Assembly (NCBI RefSeq): GCF_964204865.1
Contig: NC_135262.1
Span: forward strand, 17,918,001-17,982,000
Direction: 5' to 3'
Source of the DNA: Styela clava
Taxonomy: Eukaryota
Length of the DNA stretch: 64,000 nt
In this document: piece by piece, positions 54,378 through 64,000 of the stretch
Numbering within the stretch: position 1 is the first letter of the stretch
Layout of the letters: every line of letters begins with the position of its first letter
Made by a program: the position numbers and the translations under genes
The notes under the pieces: model-generated
The model's database searches: none
What the model was told of the DNA's origin: nothing
Seen by the model: only the letters and a program-made list of their open reading frames with translations

Positions 54378-55230
54378 TGTTACATCGAGAATCGCATTCA
54401 CTTGATATTTGTATTGACTTAAACATTGCGTCTGTTTAACTTGTGTAGTAATTTATTTGTTATTGTTGACGCCGTAATTTCCCTTGATTGACAGTGTGCT
54501 TCTACACACTTTGTTACGAAACAATTGAGAGAGTCTTCGTGCCAATTGCTTGCCCAGACATGTCTCGCTTAGACATGGATAGTTTCGATAATTTGCTTTA
54601 AATAGCGCTTTACTTTTGCAGGGAATGGCGCTCGTTTCGTTGTAATTTGTAAATAAGTTAAACTTGTTCAGCGACCTTGGCTTTCTGTTTTGACTGTAGG
54701 ACGATTAAATAATGTAGATTATGGCTGCCCACATAGACCTAATTTAGGGATATTTTATGAGCATTAAATGGCCTTTTGTGATTGATTTTACAGTTATAGT
54801 TTATTTAATTGATTTGTTTGGATTTCCTTGACGAATGATTTCATGTTCAACTTATGATAATTTAAGCCTGGAATAGCAGACAAATTCGGTATGTTATAAT
54901 TTGTAACTCTTTCTGATTTGAAGACTGCAAGTTATTCAATAGTAATTTGGTTCGACTTAATAATTAACTATGTTTGATAATTGTGTTCATAAATTTGAGT
55001 AGGCTTTCTAAAGGCCGAATTGTGTATGATTATTTATTTATTGCAAGTATTTTGTATTGATTTGTTTTTACGTTTGTATTAAGATAACCGTGTCAACTGT
55101 ATACTTCGAGTTGTGTGTTTTTCTGGATTGAGGATACAAACTTGGGGCTTGAAAGACCGCGTTATTGAACTGTTAATAAATATCTAGTGTGCAGTCGGTG
55201 TCGTCCAGGTCACAAAGAACGGCTGTTACA
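54378..55230 (+). repeat. 5' LTR of the BEL/Pao element (right boundary inferred)
   Basis: Matches 63520-64000; AATAAA at ~55175; ends TGTTACA at 55230. Confidence 0.8.
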
Positions 55231-55417
55231 TTAAAGTTATCGAATTTCCGCAAATAAAGTTATCGAAATTTGCATATAACGTTTGATATTGCATAAATAA
55301 AGTAATCGTCGAATGCCGACAGGAGTTCGGTATAACGTCAAATTGGAAGAAATCATCCTACTGTTGAACATTTGAACTTTTGTTGCTTGTTCGATGAGCA
55401 CTGTAATTGTACATTAT

Positions 55418-58318
55418 GGATGCACAATCTGTTTCGAAATCAAATTTAGAAGAGTTACGTGCTCGTCTGAAGGAATTATATCAAGATGCTGAGAGACTTA
55501 TGTCAGACTACAAAAATCGAGATTTGTTGAAATTGAAAAGTGCTGACATTGACAAACGGTTCACCGAGTATTCAAATGCTCATGAAATTCATGTGAGTAC
55601 TTTACGTTCTGAAGAAGATCGAAGAAATGTCAGTGAATTTTTCCAGTGTGAACTGCGCGAGTTTCAAGAATTTAATGTGCACTTACGTGATTGGTTCAAA
55701 AAGAGTGACGCTGATGGTCATAAATCATCGACACATAGCCCCAAAGCACGTTCTATAATTTCTGAGAAAAGTTCCCGTCGTTCGTGTGCCAGTTCAAGTT
55801 CGAGTACTAAACGTACAGAAGCCATTTCCATCAGAGAACTTGCTCATGCTAGTATTTGGCAGCAAGTAGAAAAAGATGCCGCAAAAAAGCGAGAAATTGA
55901 TGCGAAAATGGCAGCAGAGAAAATGAAATTAGATGCCCAAATTGAAGCTGAAAGGCTGGAACGTGAGGCTACAAAAAATGCTAAAAGGTTGGAACGCGAA
56001 GCTATGGAAAATGCTAGAAAGCAAGAGCAGGAAGCCCGAATGAAGGCTGAAAAGCTTAAACGTGACGCTGAAATAAGAGCTAGACAAATCGAAGAGGATG
56101 CTCAAAGTGGAACAAAGCGTTTGGAATTGCAGCATGCATATGAATCAGCCTGTATAGCAGCCGATGTATGGGAAAATGCTTCTCAGGGAGGCGAAGGTAT
56201 GTCATTATATGAAAATATATCTCGTTCACATTCACCTAATAAAATCCAAGAGTCGAATGAAATAGTGGTTCCGGTATCTAAGCCTCCTGATGTGAGACCT
56301 AAACTGCCAGCATCAGATTTGTTGTCACAATCTCGAGTCACAGTGGAAAATCCTGCACTAAATGTTAGAAGACCAGTTTCTACTGTTAATATGCGAGATG
56401 CCATGAGCCCATGAATATTCCTGATCAGTATGAATCAGTGAACCGACCTCCGTACACAGAACCACACATCCCACAACAAAGAAACACGCATGATCAATCA
56501 TCAGCAAATGTGGAAAGTTTATTGGGCAATATGGCATCTATGTTGCAAGACGGAATTGATAGACCTCGACCTGAATTATTGCATTTTAGTGGAATAGAGA
56601 CTGAATATGTCCGGTTTATCACTAACTTCAACTTAAATATTGATAGAAGAGTACATGATACAAGTACAAAGTTGTCATATTTGGTACAATACTGCGAAGG
56701 TGATGCGAGGGAACTGATTATGCACTGTACAATGTTGCCACCCGACGAAGGTTATAAAGAGGCATGCGATTTGCTCAGAAAGACATACGGTCGACCAATG
56801 CTTGTGGCTAGAAAATATTCATAAGAGTTGACTAAAGGACCATGGTTGAAACCTGGAGATAACGAAGGTTTGTTACGTCTTTCTCAAACGTTAGAAGAAT
56901 GTTTAGTCACTTTGACACATTTGAAATATTTTGGGGATTTGGATAATTTTGATACTATTTTGTCCATCGTATTACGACTTCCTCTCAAGTTGCAGAACAA
57001 CTAGGAAGAATCAGTGGCAGAATTAGATGGACAAGATAGAGAAGTGAGATTTAAAGATCTTGTTCGATTTATGAAGAAAAAGGCTGCGGCTGCAAATACG
57101 CCTTATGGAAAAGCCTTGAGAGCTCGAAGGGAGCAAGAACAGCAATATCGTTTACGATTTCAATCATCGAATAGACGAAAGATTCACGCTCATTCTACTG
57201 CTGTGACTTCAGCTGTTGACAGCAGTGTTACCAGTGCAAAACATATTGAAAAGGGAAGACATGTCTGTCCTGACTGTTTGAAGACGTCACACAGACTTGT
57301 TGACTGTTACAAATTCCTGCAGAAGTCACACGGTGACCGCTTGAAGATTGTTAGAAAGGCAAGATTGTGCGATAATTGTTTTGTATATGGTCATATGTCG
57401 AGAAATTGTCGTAAACCACCTGCTTGTACTGTTGACGGGTGTAGGTTGAAACATAATACTTTATTGCACAGAAGAGAACAAGAGACATGTACCCAGACAG
57501 AAAATGCTGCTGGTACGCATGAGCCAAAAGTTGAAGCATATGCGACTTCAAAAAGCTCAGCAGGATGTTTTTTGAATATTGTACCTGTCAAGATCTGTGC
57601 CAACAGAAGAGAAATAGAAACGTATGCATTTCTAGATGAAGGCTCTACTGCTTGCTTATGCGATGAGCGACTTCTTGATCTATTGAAGTTGAGAGGCAAG
57701 AAAACGCAGTTTCGTTGACAACTGTGAATGCGGTACCAACATCACAAGATGGTTATGCGGTTGATTTTACTGTAAAATCACTTGATGGTAGAGAAAGTGT
57801 TGATTTATCTCATGTGCTAACTGTTGATAGACTGCCTGTTAAAGCTAATGAAGCACAATTTGATGTACAAAGTTATGCACATTTGAAGGGATTGAAGATT
57901 CCTACTCTGTCGTGTAAAGACGTGATGTTGATGATTGGGGTAAATGTCCCTAAAGTGTTTTGGACAATGGATGAGAAACGAGGGAAACACAATGAACCTT
58001 CGGCGAATAAATCCATTTTAGGATGGTCATTGGTTGGACCAGCTTTATCTCAGGAGAGAAACAGTGATGTTCACATTCATTGCGTTCAAGTGCAAGAGGA
58101 AGACTTGCTGAGTCAGCAAATCAAATGTTTGTGGGAAAGTGATTTTAAAGACGCTTCACTGTCGCCTATTCCATCAATGTCTAAGGAAGACAAATACGCA
58201 TTGCAATTGATGGAAGATTCAGTTGAGATCGTGGAGGGACATTATCAGTTACCATTGCCATGGAAGCCAGGATGTCCTGATTTGCCAGACAATCGAAGTG
58301 TTGCGATGAAACGCTTAA
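55418..58318 (+). pseudogene. BEL/Pao gag-protease region, disrupted
   Basis: Coiled coil; KLSYLVQYCEGDA; CPDCLKTSHRLVDC, CDNCFVYGHMSRNC, CTVDGCRLKHNTLLH; protease FLDEGS. Frameshifts at ~56411 and ~57715, stops at 56822 and 57002. Confidence 0.9.
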
Positions 58319-60275
58319 CCGCTTGAACCCGGCAAGCCGGTTTACCGGCTTGTTTGAGTACGCTCTGTGCCCCGGCAAGCCGGTTTACCGGCTTGTTTTT
58401 CGTGTCGGCGGGAATCAACTTTATGATCTCGTATCTCAAGAACCACAATGAGTATTTAAATAAATTTTATATTGCATGAAAGCTTGTTATTGGGACTAAT
58501 TATATTGGGATGATCGGTGCTCTAATATACGATGTTTCAGTAAAATTGGCAATTTGAAAGTGCGTATGAAATTATTGTATGATAACAAATATTTAATATA
58601 AAGAATTTCGACTTCTTGCCTAAATAGCCACATATTCAATCGGCAATATATGTGGAGAATTTGAATAGCTTTTTATATACGTATCCAAAACGATTTTACG
58701 ATGAGCCATTCAAATTTTATGACCAAATATATTAGATTATCTGTAGATTTAACAGCGACGCTGCGTCAAATTGATGTTCTCATTGGAGAGAGGCAACGTC
58801 TCGTCACGCACAACTTTACGCATATTACGCAAATGCAACTAAACGTGACGATATCCGCAATAACGTTACGTCGAGATGTTATTATATAAATGTCCGCAGG
58901 AAGTAATTAATTAACCCGATGCTACGCATTCAAAATTCGCACTACGCTTTGACTTTGACTGCCCGCTCAAGCCCCATTAAGTTGTGGTTACGTATACGCA
59001 ATATGAACAAGATTGTGATTTTATTAGCGGATAACGGAACAATAAAGACCATGAAAAATGTATGTGCATAAAAGACTGCTTGCTAAAAATTTTAAATTGA
59101 ATATTGCACTTCGTTGTGCCCGGAACAATGAGGAACATGAAAATATTAGGCAGACTAAATCCAATATTGCACTTTGTTGTGCCAGTTATACCAATGGTTG
59201 TTGGTTTCGTTATCTATACATAGGTACTCATTACAGTATTTGTACTTATATACTGTCTCGCATCGTTTCAGCAACGCTTTGTCTTTAGCAGCTGGATTGG
59301 TTTTTTGGCAATAATGTAAATTTTGCTGCATACGACGCATCTATTATTAGAACTGGCGTTTTGCGGTAGGGTATCTAGTTCTGGCGACGCATATGATCTT
59401 GTTGGAATAAGAGTTGCTCTTTCTGCAGTATTAGTGCTCTCAGATATTATTCCATCCACTTGCTTCGCCTAACATTCGTAAAATCAGATATTTTGATCTG
59501 CAGAGCAGGTAAGTACTTATTTTGGTTGATATTTGAACAAATACTCATGGGCGAATAAAACATTTTCCACGTGAAATTTTATATGACGATATTAACTTCA
59601 CTTCGCTATTACTGCACGCATTACTCGACGTCGGTACTTCAATCCATACAGGGTTAATATCATATCGAAACTCGGCGACCGATGTTCCGCTGAGAACGTC
59701 GTCGTGAAAGTTATCTTGCGCATTTTGCCACGCAATACGTTTCGGACGTACTTATCAACATCTTAATGACGGTAGTCACGTGATCGGCTTTTGCGTAGCT
59801 GCGTAATCAGTGCGTCATGGCCGCTTATCGATGTTGTTCACCCGACACAATGATACACAATTAAATATTTAAATATAAAATTGGTTATATGGCAGCCACA
59901 ATAGTAATTCGAATATCAACAAAAAGCTTATAAAAAACTCTTTATGAACATCAAATATTGGCAGTATATTTTGTACCAAACTAACAAAATTTCAAGCCAA
60001 AACTCACATACATGCAGAAAAATGACTGTTAGATTAGGGTCAATTTTATTAATTTTGACAAAATGTATTTCAAAATGGAAAATACATTCTGAATGCACGA
60101 TAAAATTTCCTTTCGATTGAAATGTCTCACAACGTGCTATCTATAATTGGTAAAAAGTTACAAGCGTGCCAAATAGCCAGTATTTAGACTTATTTTATTG
60201 TTCTACCAATACGGCGCCGCGAACCTTCAGGGTGAGCGAGTAACTTCGCTCAGAGCCGTCAGAGTTCAAAGAGTT
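58319..60275 (-). mobile_element. Internally deleted piggyBac-type DNA transposon inserted in BEL pol
   Basis: TTAA on both sides (58315-58318, 60276-60279); removal restores KRLKYIERKL; imperfect TIRs CCGCTTGAAC / GTTCAAAGAG; transposase C-terminal relic inside. Confidence 0.85.
59155..59459 (-). pseudogene. piggyBac transposase C-terminal cysteine-rich domain relic
   Basis: Joining two short ORFs by one frameshift gives RCVVCSK...KRCETVYKYKYCNEYLCID...HWYNWHNKVQYWI*, a decayed RCxxC...TxxxCxxCxxxLC...CxxxxH pattern. Confidence 0.7.
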
Positions 60276-63200
60276 TTAAAGTACATTGAACGAAAATTGA
60301 AGAGTGATCCTGTTTTGAAAAAGAAGTACTGTGATACTATGGAGAAATATATTAGTCTTGGATTTGCAAAACGTATCCCGAATGAATATAAAGTTGGCCG
60401 TAAAGGTGCAGTTTGGTACTTGCCTCATCACCCTGTGTTTTCTGAACAAAAGCCAGGTAAGGTACGCGTTGTTTTTGACGCTGCATCGCGTTGCATGAAT
60501 ACTTCCTTGAATGACCAACTATTGAGAGGCCCGGATTCGACAAATTCTCTACTTGGAACACTACTCCGCTTTAGACAACACGAAATAGCTATTGTGGCTG
60601 ACATCGAAGCAATGTTCCATCAGGTGAAAGTGCACCCAAAGGATTGGAATGTATTGCGATTTATGTGGTGGCCTGGAGGTGATTTGTCACAAGATCCATC
60701 AGAATATTTTATGGTCAGGCACATATTTGGTAGCGTCTCATCTCCATTTTGCGCTAATTGGAGTTTGAAGAAGACGGCTCAAGATCACCAAGATGAATTT
60801 GACGAAAAAGTTGTCAGAAGAGTAGAGCGAAATTTTTATGTTGATGATTACCTGAATGGCTCATCTACTGTAAACCAGGGAATTAATATTGTTCGAGAAA
60901 CGAATAAATTGCTGGAGAAAAAAGGATTTCATCTAGCAAAGTGGAAAAGTTCCAATCCTGAAGTTCTGTCAGAGATTCCTGCTAAAGACAGAGCAGACAC
61001 TGCGTCAAGTGTAAACTTAGAACCTGAAAAGATCGATCGAGTACTCGGAATAAAGTGGAATATCCAAGAAGATTGTTTTGGATTTGATGTTAATGTGAAA
61101 TCAAAACCCGCAACAAAACGAGGGATTTTGTCTGTACTCAGTTCGATATTTGACCCAATGGGAATAGTGGCACCTGTAATACTTAAAGCGAGGATTTTGA
61201 TGCAGCAGTTATGTCGAAATAATTATGGATGGGACGATGAAATATCGAATAGTGAAAATTTATTGTGGAACAGATGGCTCGAAGATATTCATGGACTTGA
61301 AAATATATTCATGCAAAGATGTTTTGCGCCTTCTGGTTTTGGCAATATTGTGACTCGTCAAATACACCATTTTGCAGATGGCTCTGCAGTTGCCTATGGG
61401 ACTGTATCGTATTTGCGACTAATCAATGAAAATGGGAAGATTCATGTTGCGTTTCTTTTAGGAAAAGCTCGACTTGCACCCATCAAAACTGTTTCAATAC
61501 CACGGCTGGAGTTGACTGCTGCCGCTCTTGCAGTCAAATTAGATTTATTCCTGAGACGTGAATTAGACTTCGAAGAAATAGAGTCGATGTTTTGGACAGA
61601 CTCAACTTCCGTGCTTTTGAGTATTAATAATACATCACGAAGATTTCCAACATTTGTGGCAAATCGACTTACAAAGATTGAAGAGGGATCGAATGCTTTG
61701 CAGTGGAGATATGTACCTACAGATTTGAATCCGGCAGACGATGCATCCAGAGGGTTGTCGGTACAATCGTTGATGGATGAACGATGGCTGAAGGGACCAT
61801 CATTTCTCCAAGAGCAAGAGGAACATTGGCCTAAACCGCCAGTGCAGTTACCTGAGCTTCCTGATGAATTTGTAAGATGCAAGCCACGAGTTGTTGCGAA
61901 TTATGTTTCTGATTCCGCTTTGAAGCCAATTGATAAATTCATTTCATATTTCTCAACATGGTATAAATTGAAAAAGGCAAGTGCATGGATGATTCGATTC
62001 AAAGACTACCTTCATAAGAAGAAGAAGAATTATAAGTGCAATGAGAAACTTGAAGTTGAAGAATTGCGAGTTGCTGGAGACGACATTTTGAAATACATAC
62101 AGAGACAAGAATTTGGCGAAGTTATTGATGCCTTGCTGAACGACAATCATAGAAGTACATCTGGGAAACAAGTACTGAAGAGATTGAAGATTGCAAATTT
62201 TCTGCATAAACTCAATCCGATTGTGAAAGATGGCTTCATCAGAGTTGGTGGGAGATTGAGAAATGCACCAGTTGATTTCGATGTTAAACATCCGATTATA
62301 CTTCCACATAAACATCATGTAACTGAGATGATTATAAGAGAACATCATGTATCTACACATCATTCTGGTATGGGGAGTACATGGACTTCTCTGAGACAAC
62401 GATTTTGGATCGTTAAAGGAGGCGCTATGGTGAAATCTGTTATCAGAAAATGCATGTTTTGTCGAAGAAGAAGTTCACCTGTGAGGAAACAGATTATGGC
62501 AGATCTTCCGAAAGAAAGAGTCACACCAGGTGAAAAACCATTTACCTATGTTGGAGTGGATTACTTCGGACATTTTCTTGTAAAGCAAGGACGAAGTACT
62601 GTCAAGAGGTGGGGCTGTATATTTACATGCATGACAACTCGTGCCGTACACTTGGAAGTTGCATACTCGATGGATGCAGATTCATTCATAAACGCATTAA
62701 GAAGATTTATTGCACGTAGAAGTAGACCATTCAAGTTCATCTGTGACAACGGTAGTAACTTTGTTGCAGCAAATAAAATCCTACGTAAAGAAATAGAAGT
62801 TTGGAATTCAAGCAAAGTTGGACAATTTTTGCGTCAGGAGAATATTAAATTTCATTTCAATCCACCTACTGCTTCTAATTTTGGAGGATGTTACGAAAGA
62901 TTAATTCGGTCAGTTCGAAAGATTTTGGTTGCTCTCTTACACGATCAGTTGGTGTCAGATGAAGCTTTGGCTATTTTTTGTGAAGTGGAATCACAGTTGA
63001 ATTCCAGACCCATCACTCCAATAAGTTTCGATCCGAAAGATGATGAGCCACTCACTCCAAATCACTTGCTGTTACTGAATCCTACAAGTAATTTACCTCC
63101 TGGCATATTCGACAAAAAGGACTGTTACACTCGACGAAGATGGCGACAAATCCAGTATTTAGCTGATCAGTTTTGGATCAGATGGACCAAAGAATACTTA

Positions 63201-63434
63201 CCCACACTTCAGACACGACAGAAATGGACTTCTAAAGAACGTAATATGGAAGTTGGTGATATTGTGCTACTTGTAGACAATACTATACCCAGAGGGAAGT
63301 GGCAGACTGGACGTGTTATGGAAACTACACCTGATAAACTTGGAGCAGTGCGTCAAGTTACTGTGAAGACATCCAGGGGTTTACTGAGAAGGCCAATTGC
63401 AAAGTTGTGCTTGATTCATAAAGTTAATGAGTAA
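60276..63434 (+). CDS. BEL/Pao pol (RT-RNase H-integrase), open frame but severed from the N-terminus by the piggyBac insertion
   Basis: WYLPHHPV, KVRVVFDAAS, ADIEAMFHQV, NFYVDD, HHFADGS, IPRLELTAA, NPADDASRG, GVDYFG, CDNGSNF, GGCYERLIRSV. Confidence 0.92.
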   Translation, partial: LKYIERKLKSDPVLKKKYCDTMEKYISLGFAKRIPNEYKVGRKGAVWYLPHHPVFSEQKPGKVRVVFDAASRCMNTSLNDQLLRGPDSTNSLLGTLLRFRQHEIAIVADIEAMFHQVKVHPKDWNVLRFMWWPGGDLSQDPSEYFMVRHIFGSVSSPFCANWSLKKTAQDHQDEFDEKVVRRVERNFYVDDYLNGSSTVNQGINIVRETNKLLEKKGFHLAKWKSSNPEVLSEIPAKDRADTASSVNLEPEKIDRVLGIKWNIQEDCFGFDVNVKSKPATKRGILSVLSSIFDPMGIVAPVILKARILMQQLCRNNYGWDDEISNSENLLWNRWLEDIHGLENIFMQRCFAPSGFGNIVTRQIHHFADGSAVAYGTVSYLRLINENGKIHVAFLLGKARLAPIKTVSIPRLELTAAALAVKLDLFLRRELDFEEIESMFWTDSTSVLLSINNTSRRFPTFVANRLTKIEEGSNALQWRYVPTDLNPADDASRGLSVQSLMDERWLKGPSFLQEQEEHWPKPPVQLPELPDEFVRCKPRVVANYVSDSALKPIDKFISYFSTWYKLKKASAWMIRFKDYLHKKKKNYKCNEKLEVEELRVAGDDILKYIQRQEFGEVIDALLNDNHRSTSGKQVLKRLKIANFLHKLNPIVKDGFIRVGGRLRNAPVDFDVKHPIILPHKHHVTEMIIREHHVSTHHSGMGSTWTSLRQRFWIVKGGAMVKSVIRKCMFCRRRSSPVRKQIMADLPKERVTPGEKPFTYVGVDYFGHFLVKQGRSTVKRWGCIFTCMTTRAVHLEVAYSMDADSFINALRRFIARRSRPFKFICDNGSNFVAANKILRKEIEVWNSSKVGQFLRQENIKFHFNPPTASNFGGCYERLIRSVRKILVALLHDQLVSDEALAIFCEVESQLNSRPITPISFDPKDDEPLTPNHLLLLNPTSNLPPGIFDKKDCYTRRRWRQIQYLADQFWIRWTKEYLPTLQTRQKWTSKERNMEVGDIVLLVDNTIPRGKWQTGRVMETTPDKLGAVRQVTVKTSRGLLRRPIAKLCLIHKVNE

Positions 63435-63519
63435 AATGTTTTCAAGTGTGTGATATCCTCGATGTAAGAAATTTGTGAGTAAGATGTTTTCACTGGGTTC
63501 CAACATCTGGCTGGGGGAA

Positions 63520-64000
63520 TGTTACATCGAGAATCGCATTCACTTGATATTTGTATTGACTTAAACATTGCGTCTGTTTAACTTGTGTAGTAATTTATTT
63601 GTTATTGTTGACGCCGTAATTTCCCTTGATTGACAGTGTGCTTCTACACACTTTGTTACGAAACAATTGAGAGAGTCTTCGTGGCAATTGCTTGCCCAGA
63701 CATGTCTCGCTTAGACATGGATAGTTTCGGTAATTTGCTTTAAATAGCGCTTTACTTTTGCAGGGAATGGCGCTCGTTTCGTTGTAATTTGTAAATAAGT
63801 TAAACTTGTTCAGCGACCTTGGCTTTCTGTTTTGACTGTAGGACGATTAAATAATGTAGATTATGGCTGCCCACATAGGCCTATCTTAGGGATATTTTAT
63901 GAGCATTAAATGGCCTTTTGTGATTGATTTTACAGTTATAGTTTATTTAATTGATTTGTTTGGATTTCCTTGACGAATGATTTCATGTTCAACTTATGAT
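63520..64000 (+). repeat. 3' LTR of the BEL/Pao element (partial)
   Basis: Direct repeat of 54378-54858. Confidence 0.95.

Larger units (their letters stand above)
54378..64000 (+). mobile_element. BEL/Pao LTR retrotransposon, 3' LTR cut by the window edge
   Basis: LTR starts TGTTACATCG at 54378 and 63520 (about 5 mismatches in 481 bp by eye); polypurine tract GGGGGAA; gag with three Cys-His knuckles, PR, RT, Pao-type RNase H, IN. Confidence 0.97.

Noticed and set aside
56405-57720. ATGA and TTGA stop-start overlaps in BEL gag as programmed reinitiation or frameshifting
   Set aside because: Additional in-frame stops (56822, 57002) show decay; single-base deletions explain the overlaps.
60198-60275. 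N-terminus of the 1078-aa ORF (MFYQYGAANLQGERV...)
   Set aside because: Starts at TTG inside the piggyBac end; it is chance in-frame read-through into pol, not a real fusion start.

Overview
AT-rich eukaryotic (metazoan) genomic DNA with short GT-AG introns and dense repeats. The repeat landscape looks like a marine invertebrate, possibly an ascidian (inference only). Host genes: most of a nudE (NDE1/NDEL1) gene (minus strand, 3' end probably off the left edge), a complete 7-exon TLCD4/TMEM56-like gene, two tandem 6-exon lipocalin genes, an intact intronless GALNT4/12-like O-GalNAc transferase with a tandemly duplicated pseudogene, and a PUDP/HDHD1 pseudogene fragment. Mobile DNA: a full-length Mag-type Ty3/Gypsy element nested in a hAT MITE, a BEL/Pao element interrupted by an internally deleted piggyBac, several hAT and MULE MITEs with target-site duplications (TSDs), SINE and LINE relics, and a 72-bp minisatellite. 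I found no CRISPR, rRNA or intact tRNA, and no convincing wholly new system. Best leads: lipocalins carrying an extra symmetric exon with orphan copies, the probable GALNT retrogene with TE-adjacent 5' flank, the BEL element with no recognisable tRNA primer-binding site (PBS), and a Gypsy LTR that lost both arms of a TATA-containing hairpin.
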